DNA of 64,000 nt, from NCBI GenBank assembly GCA_963765125.1, contig CAVXUZ010000005.1, positions 33,596 to 97,595 on the forward strand, read 5' to 3'. The stretch is from an uncultured candidate division WWE3 bacterium (lineage in GTDB: Bacteria; Patescibacteriota; WWE3; UBA101185; UBA10185). Positions 30,184 through 37,847 of this stretch are shown one piece after another. A model generated the notes under the pieces. The model saw only the letters and a list, made by a program, of their open reading frames with translations, had not been told where the DNA came from and did no database searches. Position 1 is the stretch's first letter. Every line of letters starts with the position of its first letter. The position numbers and the translations under genes were made by a program.

Positions 30184-31253
30184 TGTCAGAAAAATTAAAC
30201 GCCACACCGCTTTTAGAGAAAATATTGGACCTAAACGCGTCAGATTTACTGCTATCTGTAACAAATGTACCTATTATTAGAGTTCACGGTAAACTTCAGC
30301 AATTGCCCGGTTACGAGCCTTTAACCGCTTTAGACATTGAGTTTTTTCTTTCGCAAATACTAAAAGCAGATCAAAAGGACATTTTAGACGTTAATAAGGA
30401 GATTGATTTTTCAGTTGCGCTTGGTAATAAGGCAAGATTTAGGGTAAATGCATTTTTTCAAAAAGGCTACCCCTCAGTTGCTTTAAGAGCAATCCCCTTG
30501 CGAGTTCCGAACTTAGAAGAATTAAATTTGCCAAAAATTGTTGAACAACTAACAAATCTTAAACAGGGATTAGTGCTAGTAGTCGGTCCCACTGGTCATG
30601 GAAAGTCCACGACGATTGCTGCAATGATCGAAAAGATCAACGAAACCAGATCAGAGCATATCATCACGATAGAAGACCCAATTGAGTACATCTTTTTTAA
30701 TAAGAAATCACTCATTGAGCAGCGCGAAATGTACCTAGACACCCACTCTTGGGATGTTGCACTCAAATCAGTTTTACGCCAAGATCCAAATATTGTTATG
30801 GTTGGTGAGATGCGAGATACGCAGACGATGTCTGCAGTTTTGCAGATTTCTGAAACAGGCCATTTGGTTTTTGCTACACTCCACACAAATTCAGCTGCGC
30901 AGACAATTGAAAGAATCATTGTCTCCTTCCCAGAAAGTAAGCAAGGTCAGGTTAGACAGCAGTTATCACAGGTTATTGAGGCCGTAGTCTCTCAAAGGTT
31001 AGTGCAGGCAAAAGGTGGAGGTTTAATACCTGCGGTTGAAATATTACTTTCGACCGGAGCTGTGAGAAACTTGATACGAGAAGGTAAAACCCACATGATA
31101 GACAACGTAATTAGCACAAGTTTAGGTATAGGCATGATAGACCTAGACCACAGCCTTGCAGAGCTGGCGATGCAAAACAAAGTAGATATTGAAGAGGCGA
31201 TGAAATATTCACTCAAACCAGATAATTTAAGGACTGCTCTCAAGCAGAAATAA
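30183..31253 (+). CDS. pilT: Twitching-motility (retraction) ATPase PilT
   Basis: VVGPTGHGKSTTIAAMIEKIN (Walker A). ITIEDPIEY. AIRNLIREGK motif region (GAVRNLIREGK). 356 aa. 1-nt overlap with pilB. Confidence 0.85.
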   Translation: MSEKLNATPLLEKILDLNASDLLLSVTNVPIIRVHGKLQQLPGYEPLTALDIEFFLSQILKADQKDILDVNKEIDFSVALGNKARFRVNAFFQKGYPSVALRAIPLRVPNLEELNLPKIVEQLTNLKQGLVLVVGPTGHGKSTTIAAMIEKINETRSEHIITIEDPIEYIFFNKKSLIEQREMYLDTHSWDVALKSVLRQDPNIVMVGEMRDTQTMSAVLQISETGHLVFATLHTNSAAQTIERIIVSFPESKQGQVRQQLSQVIEAVVSQRLVQAKGGGLIPAVEILLSTGAVRNLIREGKTHMIDNVISTSLGIGMIDLDHSLAELAMQNKVDIEEAMKYSLKPDNLRTALKQK

Positions 31254-31255
31254 AT

Positions 31256-32458
31256 ATGCCAGTTTACGCTTACACTGCCTCAGATACTGCCGGTAATAAA
31301 AGAACAGGTGCAGTTGACGCGCGAAACAGAGAGTTTGCCGTTGGTCTGCTTAAAAACCAAGGTTTATACGTTATTGAACTGCACGAAAAACATGATTCTT
31401 TGATTGATAAACTAGGTCTTTTTGGTAATGTTCCTGAAGGTGAAGTTGTAGCTTTCACAAGACAATTTTCAACAATGATCAGCGCAGGGCTGCCAATTTC
31501 ACGTGCGTTAGACGTTCTATCTTCACAATCAACAAGTAAAGCTCTGAGAAAAGTATTAATCGATGTTTTAAGAGATATTGAAGGCGGTTCTTCACTCTCG
31601 ATGGCGCTTGGTAGATACCCAGACGCGTTTCCTGCTACGTATCAAGCTTTAGTTCGCGCAGGCGAAGCATCCGGTAAGCTCGACGATATTTTAAAACGAC
31701 TCGCTACAACATTAGAAAAACAAAGGGAGCTAAACTCTAGTTTCAAATCGGCGATGATTTATCCGACAATTGTTTTCTTTGCCATGATAGGTGTTTTTGT
31801 GTTAATGATGATATTTGTTATACCAAAACTCGCAGATATGTATGAAAGTTTAAACGTTGAGTTGCCCGCAACAACCCAGATGATGATAGATACTTCAAAC
31901 TTCATTGTAAACAATATCGTAGTTATGATTATTTTATCTCTCGGAGGCATAATCGCCTTAAGATCATTTTTGAAAACAGAAACCGGCCACGAGTTAGTCG
32001 CAGAAATTACATTTAAACTACCAGTTTTTGGAAAAATAAATAAGCAAAAAGAAGTTACAGATTTTACAAGGACGTTAGGTTTGTTAATCGCATCTGCTAT
32101 ACCAATTGTTGAGGCATTAAATATCACTGCTGGTGTTATGAAAAATAAATTTTATCGCGAGGCGGCAATAAACGCAGCGGCTGCTGTTGAAAAAGGTAAC
32201 AAACTTTCGGATTACATCAGATCAAATTCAGTTTTTCCTCCCCTACTCGGGCAAATGACTAGTGTTGGTGAAGAGACGGGGCAACTCGACGAAGTATTAG
32301 ACAGAGTTGCAAACTATTTAGAGGGTGAAGTTGACCACGCAGTAAAAGGGCTATCTTCTGCACTAGAACCAATAATTTTGTTAATGCTGGGCGGGATGGT
32401 TGGGTTCTTGATTATCTCGATTATTACACCGATTTATAAGATTACGAGTGCGCTGTAA
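31256..32458 (+). CDS. pilC: Type IV pilus platform protein PilC (GspF family)
   Basis: Two GspF repeats, each with a cytoplasmic domain plus TM segments (…GLPISRALDVL…; …AIPIVEALNITAGV…). 400 aa. Confidence 0.85.
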   Translation: MPVYAYTASDTAGNKRTGAVDARNREFAVGLLKNQGLYVIELHEKHDSLIDKLGLFGNVPEGEVVAFTRQFSTMISAGLPISRALDVLSSQSTSKALRKVLIDVLRDIEGGSSLSMALGRYPDAFPATYQALVRAGEASGKLDDILKRLATTLEKQRELNSSFKSAMIYPTIVFFAMIGVFVLMMIFVIPKLADMYESLNVELPATTQMMIDTSNFIVNNIVVMIILSLGGIIALRSFLKTETGHELVAEITFKLPVFGKINKQKEVTDFTRTLGLLIASAIPIVEALNITAGVMKNKFYREAAINAAAAVEKGNKLSDYIRSNSVFPPLLGQMTSVGEETGQLDEVLDRVANYLEGEVDHAVKGLSSALEPIILLMLGGMVGFLIISIITPIYKITSAL

Positions 32459-32598
32459 AAAACCAATTATTAGGTTGGTGATTGCAACAACAGTAATTGT
32501 TAGCTTTGCTAATTGGATATAAATCTGTTTAGAATTAATAAGTTGAACGTAATTATTTATTATAAAAATATAATTTTGAAAGGGGGTGTATTAGAACA

Positions 32599-33096
32599 AT
32601 GAGAAATCAAAAAGGTTTTACGCTAGTTGAGCTCTTGGTCGTTATCGCAATTGTCGGTATTTTAGCCGGTGTTGTATTGATCGCAATTAATCCTGCCACA
32701 TTATTGGCAAAAGCGAGAGATTCACAGAGATTGCAAGATATAGATACCATCAACAAGGCAATCGGTTTAGCATTAGCAGACAACGAGGTTACACTCGGTG
32801 CAACTGGTACATGTGCCACCTGCGACAGTTTATCAGGTTCACAGACAGTTGAGGGTGCAAACGGTTGGGTAAAGTTCACAATTCCTACAGGAAAGACTGG
32901 ACTTAGCAAATATATCGCCGCACTTCCTGTTGATCCTACAAACACAGGAGCGTTGGTTTATACATTTGCATCAACTGCAACAGCTTATGAGTTGAATGCA
33001 GTACTTGAGAATGTAGATAACGTAGCAAAAATGACTACAGATGGTGGCGACGACGCCGCAGTTTTCGAAGTGGGAACAAATCTTACTATCCTCTAA
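32599..33096 (+). CDS. pilA: Type IV pilin, probable major pilin (leader MRNQKG|FTLVELLVVIAIVGILAG)
   Basis: Canonical G-F cleavage site and E+5. A very strong Shine-Dalgarno (GAAAGGGGGTG) lies 8 nt upstream. A stem-loop terminator lies immediately downstream. Shares C-terminal blocks with the pilins at 25059 and 48299. Confidence 0.8.
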   Translation: MRNQKGFTLVELLVVIAIVGILAGVVLIAINPATLLAKARDSQRLQDIDTINKAIGLALADNEVTLGATGTCATCDSLSGSQTVEGANGWVKFTIPTGKTGLSKYIAALPVDPTNTGALVYTFASTATAYELNAVLENVDNVAKMTTDGGDDAAVFEVGTNLTIL

Positions 33097-33152
33097 TCAC
33101 CTGTCTAAGATTGGATGATAGTAACGCCCATGTGCACATGATAGCGTTACGT

Positions 33153-33186
33153 GAAAAGCCCTCCTAATCGAGGGCTTTTCTAACTT
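33153..33186 (+). terminator. Rho-independent terminator after the major pilin gene
   Basis: GAAAAGCCCTC-ctaatc-GAGGGCTTTTC is a perfect 11-bp stem followed by a T-rich tail. A second palindrome GTAACGC...GCGTTAC lies at 33121-33150. Confidence 0.6.
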
Positions 33187-33212
33187 TAGAAATATGCTAA
33201 ACTTACTAAGGT

Positions 33213-34097
33213 ATGTTGCAACAAGTATTGTTATACATTTTGGTTTTTGTCTCAGGTCTATTTTTTGGATCATTTTTAAATCTCGTTTCTGATCGAGTAA
33301 CTAAAGGTAAATCAGTTTTATTTGGTAGATCACAATGCGACCATTGTAAAAAACCACTTGGTGCAAAAAATCTTATTCCTGTTGTTTCGTATATTTTACA
33401 AAGAGGAAAGTGTGCAAAGTGCCACAAGAAAATTTCATTTTACTATCCATTTTCAGAAATTCTTACCGGTTTAGCATTTGTTGGTGCTGCAGTTTCAGCA
33501 AGAATCACAGTTTTAGTTAACGTTTCAACAATATTTACATTCATATATCTTCTTGGTGTTGCTAGCTTTTTTATCATCTTGCTTTTAACAGATATGAAAG
33601 AAAGAGTAATCCCAAATAAAATTATTTACCCAGCAATTATTTTTGTTTTCTCATTTTTAATATTAAGCGCAGTAATTTATTTCTACATGTATTACATCCA
33701 ACTTAAAGCTGACACGTTTGGTCAATATTTACTCGACGCTGGAATTATGAAAGTACAAATCTTAAACTCATTAGTCTCTCTGGGAATTTTGATTTTAAGT
33801 TCCCTGGTTATTTCTGCATTCTTTGCGTTTTTAGTTTGGATAACAAAGGGCAGAGGTATGGGAGCTGGCGACATTAGACTCGGATTTTTAATTGGGTTGT
33901 TTAACGGCTATCCATTTAACTTTATCGCAATATTTTTAGGATTTGTCTTGGGAGCCCTAGTAAGTTTGGTTCTAGTTGTTTTAAAGAAAAAGACGATGAA
34001 AGACACAATTGCATTTGGGCCATTTTTAATCTTAGGGAGTGTTGTAGCAATGATCTGGGGAAGCCTAATTTTACAGTGGTATACAAACCTTCTCTAA
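33213..34097 (+). CDS. pilD: Prepilin peptidase / N-methyltransferase PilD (A24 family)
   Basis: N-terminal zinc-binding CDHCKKPL...CAKCHKKI. Catalytic Asp regions (TDMKERVIPN; GAGDIRLGFLIG). 294 aa, polytopic. Confidence 0.85.
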   Translation: MLQQVLLYILVFVSGLFFGSFLNLVSDRVTKGKSVLFGRSQCDHCKKPLGAKNLIPVVSYILQRGKCAKCHKKISFYYPFSEILTGLAFVGAAVSARITVLVNVSTIFTFIYLLGVASFFIILLLTDMKERVIPNKIIYPAIIFVFSFLILSAVIYFYMYYIQLKADTFGQYLLDAGIMKVQILNSLVSLGILILSSLVISAFFAFLVWITKGRGMGAGDIRLGFLIGLFNGYPFNFIAIFLGFVLGALVSLVLVVLKKKTMKDTIAFGPFLILGSVVAMIWGSLILQWYTNLL

Positions 34098-35218
34098 TCT
34101 TTTTTAGGTCGTTTTTTAGATAAAGTAAACCAAAACGTCGATCCCTTACCAACCCCATCAGAAAAGACTCCGATTTTTCCACCCATCGCATCAACAAAAA
34201 GTTTTACGATATAAAGACCAAGTCCCGTGCCCTCTGCTTCTGCAACAGTTTGGTAGGACGAATCTAGCCTTCCGAATTTATGAAATAGTCTTTCTAATTC
34301 ACTTTGTTTAATTCCCCTACCCGTATCAATAATCGAAATTTTTATAAAATCACCAGCGTTTCTGATATCAATTTTTATTTCTCCTTGATCGGTAAATTTC
34401 ATAGAATTTCCAACGAGATTTACCAAAATTTCTCTCAATTTCGATGTGTCGACATACGCATAGTGCTTATTATGCTCGTTTGAAATTGTAAGCTTTAAAC
34501 CTTTTTCGTCTGCTTTAACTTTAAAATCAGAAACAAGTTCTGCAACAGTGTCTACGAGTTCGACGCGGTTAATTACTACGTGAAGTGCGTTTTGTTCAAT
34601 TCGCGAAACACTCAAAATATCGTTGATAAGTTCGATCATTCTCTCGGTACTTAAAATCGCTTTTTTAATATACTCTTTTTGTTTATCGGTAAGAGTTCCG
34701 TGTTTTTCAGAACTAATCATCCACAAATAACTTTTAATAATTGTCATTGGAGTGCGCAGCTCGTGTGAGGCAACAGACAAAAACTCATCTTTGGTTCGTT
34801 CAAGTTCTTTGATTTTTGTAATATCAGATATTGTGATTAGGCTTTCCTCTTGCCCCTCACCAAGTTCAATAACTGCAGTCTTTACCTCTACTCGATATTT
34901 ATTGCCTTTTGCTAAAAGGATGATGTCTGCAATATGACTATGTTTTGAACTTTTCTTAAAGCAAAAGCTTTCTGGGCTTACCGGAGAATTATCAGTTGAA
35001 TAAAGCTCTAATAAGTCGTGAACTCCAGCTCCGATGGCGTTTTCTTTTTTTACACCGAATTGCTCCTCAGCAGCTTTATTGAAAAGAGTAATTTTATAAT
35101 GTTTATTTACAGCAAGAATTGATTTTGAGATAGCATCAATAATTTGCTCAATACTTGCCTTGTGAGAATTATTTTTGGTCAAACTTTCAATATTGGGCAT
35201 TAAAACTATTTTACACAA
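34094..35218 (-). CDS. Sensor histidine kinase with a PAS domain (cytoplasmic; HisKA plus HATPase_c)
   Basis: PAS block (ITLFNKAAEEQFGVKKENAIGAGVHDLLELY). H-box SHELRTPMTIIKSY. N/G boxes (NLVGNSMKFT; DTGRGI; GTGLGLYIVK). The track start is TTG at 35218; an alternative ATG start lies at 35200. Confidence 0.8.
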   Translation of the reverse strand: MCKIVLMPNIESLTKNNSHKASIEQIIDAISKSILAVNKHYKITLFNKAAEEQFGVKKENAIGAGVHDLLELYSTDNSPVSPESFCFKKSSKHSHIADIILLAKGNKYRVEVKTAVIELGEGQEESLITISDITKIKELERTKDEFLSVASHELRTPMTIIKSYLWMISSEKHGTLTDKQKEYIKKAILSTERMIELINDILSVSRIEQNALHVVINRVELVDTVAELVSDFKVKADEKGLKLTISNEHNKHYAYVDTSKLREILVNLVGNSMKFTDQGEIKIDIRNAGDFIKISIIDTGRGIKQSELERLFHKFGRLDSSYQTVAEAEGTGLGLYIVKLFVDAMGGKIGVFSDGVGKGSTFWFTLSKKRPKKD

Positions 35219-35248
35219 AAAAATATTTTGGTATATACTAGAAATACT

Positions 35249-35635
35249 ATGGAAGAAAACATTACAAAGAAAAAAACCGTACTTTTAGTTGAGGACGAAG
35301 TAGATTTAGTAGATTTATACACAGAAATATTAAACGAAGCGGGTTACGATGTACTCCCCTCTTATGACGGTGAAGATGGAATTTATAAAGTAAAAAATGA
35401 AAAATGGGATTTGTTACTTTTAGATATTATGCTCCCAGAAAAAGATGGTATGGCTGTACTTGAAGAAATGCAAAAAACTGAGGCCTCAAAAAAGGGACCG
35501 GTGGTGCTACTCACAAACCTAAACAGTGAAGATCTCATAGAACGTGCATACAAACTAGGTGCCGATGACTATTTAATCAAATCAGAAATTTCGTTAGACG
35601 ATATTGTTAAAAAAGTAAAACAGTATCTTAGTTAA
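35249..35635 (+). CDS. Single-domain response regulator (receiver only), divergent from the histidine kinase
   Basis: VLLVEDEVDLVDLYTEIL...DLLLLDIMLPEKDGMAVLEEMQ...VVLLTNL...K. Start taken at ATG 35249 (MEENITKKK); the track uses TTG 35228. The stop overlaps the start of the next gene. Confidence 0.8.
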   Translation: MEENITKKKTVLLVEDEVDLVDLYTEILNEAGYDVLPSYDGEDGIYKVKNEKWDLLLLDIMLPEKDGMAVLEEMQKTEASKKGPVVLLTNLNSEDLIERAYKLGADDYLIKSEISLDDIVKKVKQYLS

Positions 35636-36171
35636 TGTTTAAGCTTAGTAAAAAAAGAATCACAATTATTTTATTTGTTATTGTCATTTTGGCAATTACC
35701 ACAGCCGCCGTCATTTTTATACTTCCAAAGATAACAAATAAAAAAAGTGTAGTTAGAGATCAGCCAATTGCATACGAGGACACTAAAGACACAATTGTTC
35801 CCGAAGAAGCAGCAGCGTTGATAGAGTTAAATGCAATTTTAGATCCTGAAACCGACTATTGGGCAGACTGGAGCTGGCAAGCAAAATATGCAGAGTTTAT
35901 CATAAGCAATTTAAGTGTTGCTGATAATTACATTGTTGGCTACATTAGCAGACCGGTGGCGTTATCGAATAATAATGCGCAGATAGTAAAACACCCGTTA
36001 TGTGATCCTACAAAGTCGATTGCGGTTTCCAAAGATGATCCACTTAGAGGTATAAATGCAAAAGGCTTTGAATTTATGCAACGTGCAAGCTCTGGAGATA
36101 TTTTCTACACCAATTGTTTAGACGAGGAGTGTTTTAACATTGGCAATAACTGTGTCTTAGTAGAATTTTAA
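35635..36171 (+). CDS. Membrane-anchored small secreted protein, member 1 of a C-x3-C-x6-C C-terminal motif family
   Basis: N-terminal signal-anchor KRITIILFVIVILAITTAAVIFIL. C-terminus ...ASSGDIFYTNCLDEECFNIGNNCVLVEF. Clear paralog of the 40272 gene and related to 36174. Confidence 0.6.
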   Translation: MFKLSKKRITIILFVIVILAITTAAVIFILPKITNKKSVVRDQPIAYEDTKDTIVPEEAAALIELNAILDPETDYWADWSWQAKYAEFIISNLSVADNYIVGYISRPVALSNNNAQIVKHPLCDPTKSIAVSKDDPLRGINAKGFEFMQRASSGDIFYTNCLDEECFNIGNNCVLVEF

Positions 36172-36173
36172 AA

Positions 36174-36749
36174 ATGAAAAAATTAATAAACAAAAAAATA
36201 TTACGAATCTTATTAATAATACTTGGCGTTATATTGCTGGGCTTTATAGTTAGCCCATTTATTTTTAGTAAACGAGTAGAAATTAATGAGTTTGACCAGA
36301 TTTATATAAAGAGTAATAGATTTGTTTTACCTAAATTAATTTCAATAGAAAAAAGACAAGATATCGGGGTTAAAGAGGCAGGTTTAATCAAAACCGAAAT
36401 TATCTCTCCTGAGGGTAAAACTGGTATTAACGAACTTTCTTATTGGGATACGTGGACTTGGAACACAAAATTGGTAAAACTAGAAATCTTAAGAGTTTCT
36501 GTTGAAAGCGGTAATGTTTACGCAAGTCTATTACTTCCTGCCGAGTCGAGTGGGTTGTCACCAGAAAAAGAGTACGAAATCAAATGCAGTGTTGATGAAA
36601 CATCTGTTATTTATTTTCGTGATCCAGCTAATCGCAACGATGAGTATAAACCAGCGATTGAACTGTTAGCGTCCGGTGACCTGTTCTACGCATATTGTTT
36701 GGATTCTCAATGTAGTTCTCTTGGTCGACGCTGTATTATTGAGCGCTAA
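36174..36749 (+). CDS. Membrane-anchored small secreted protein, member 2 of the C-x3-C-x6-C family
   Basis: Signal-anchor ILRILLIILGVILLGFIV. C-terminus ...LASGDLFYAYCLDSQCSSLGRRCIIER. Confidence 0.55.
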   Translation: MKKLINKKILRILLIILGVILLGFIVSPFIFSKRVEINEFDQIYIKSNRFVLPKLISIEKRQDIGVKEAGLIKTEIISPEGKTGINELSYWDTWTWNTKLVKLEILRVSVESGNVYASLLLPAESSGLSPEKEYEIKCSVDETSVIYFRDPANRNDEYKPAIELLASGDLFYAYCLDSQCSSLGRRCIIER

Positions 36750-36772
36750 AAACTACCTTTAGTTTAAGGTAC

Positions 36773-36811
36773 CCCATAGTTGATATTTGCCACATAATTT
36801 GAGACAATCCA
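36773..36811 (+). promoter_or_regulatory. Conserved upstream element CCCATAGTTG-N16-TGAGACAAT, copy 1 of 4 (upstream of the 36855 lipoprotein gene)
   Basis: Same bipartite motif as at 40866, 41465 and 42179. Confidence 0.4.
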
Positions 36812-36854
36812 ATTAAACTTAAATAACCCGAAAAAACAATAAAAAGGAGGCAAA

Positions 36855-37748
36855 ATGAAGACTAAGTTTTTTTCAGGGTCTTGGCTATTTAGCCGCACTT
36901 TAAAAACTCTAATTCTCGTACTACTTATTACGTCAGTTGTTATGACAATACTTATCGGCTGTACGCCTGCGACGTCAGTTCTAGTCGTAGAACCGATTGT
37001 AACTACAAACACACCGCTAATAGAGATTGTTGGCGAGTCGACAGCTACAGCAGTACCTACGGCTACCCTATTTCCGACCATGGTTGTTACGCCCGAGCCA
37101 ACTACAATGCCAGAAAATTTTGGGTGGCCCATCTTACAAGAAATGCCTTACGGTGAGGAACGTGCAGAGATTGAGGCTTCGCTTGCAAAGGACCCTAACC
37201 TTGTAAAAGGAACTCCCTCTGAGAATGAGCGGTTCATGATTGCTGATGTATGGGGTTTATGGCCACTTCTTTATAATCCAAACACAGGGATGTTACCTGA
37301 CTATTCAAATAAAAGTCTTCCAGATGACCTTTACAGTTATCTGAATGTTTGGTATAGAGGCAGTCATAAATTTTATGTCGACACCGGAACAAGTGGTAAC
37401 CCGGCGATGTTTGCAGAACAACTAGACGGTAATCTACCGATAATGTTTAAATACCCATTTGTGGTGTATGAATATGCAAATAGCACGTCGAGTAGTCTTT
37501 GCCAGTTTTTCGAAGCCGGAACGTTAGCCGGCTATGGATTGGGTGAAGAGACTGTCGATGGGCAGCCAAGTGACATACCAACCGGAATCGCATATCTGGT
37601 TGAAAGGTTTGGTGATTCTAAAATCATCAATGATGCAGACAGGCTGTACTGTAGTAACTTTGATCCTGTCTCAAACGACTTCTTAACCATAGCAAAGGCA
37701 AAAGGTTACGATACTATAGTTGCACAGGTTTTGGAAAAGCTCAAATAA
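36855..37748 (+). CDS. Putative lipoprotein or secreted protein (297 aa), unknown function
   Basis: Strong SD (AAAAAGGAGGCAAAATG). Signal peptide with lipobox-like LIGC. Thr/Pro-rich linker. An upstream CCCATAGTTG...TGAGACAAT motif is shared with the 40949, 41548 and 42261 genes. Confidence 0.5.
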   Translation: MKTKFFSGSWLFSRTLKTLILVLLITSVVMTILIGCTPATSVLVVEPIVTTNTPLIEIVGESTATAVPTATLFPTMVVTPEPTTMPENFGWPILQEMPYGEERAEIEASLAKDPNLVKGTPSENERFMIADVWGLWPLLYNPNTGMLPDYSNKSLPDDLYSYLNVWYRGSHKFYVDTGTSGNPAMFAEQLDGNLPIMFKYPFVVYEYANSTSSSLCQFFEAGTLAGYGLGEETVDGQPSDIPTGIAYLVERFGDSKIINDADRLYCSNFDPVSNDFLTIAKAKGYDTIVAQVLEKLK

Positions 37749-37847
37749 AATAATCGAGAATTAGAAAATTATTAAGTAACACCCTCAGTCACTTTGAGGG
37801 TGTTTTTTATTGTTATTCTATAAATAATCGTTTAGTATTAATAAGTA

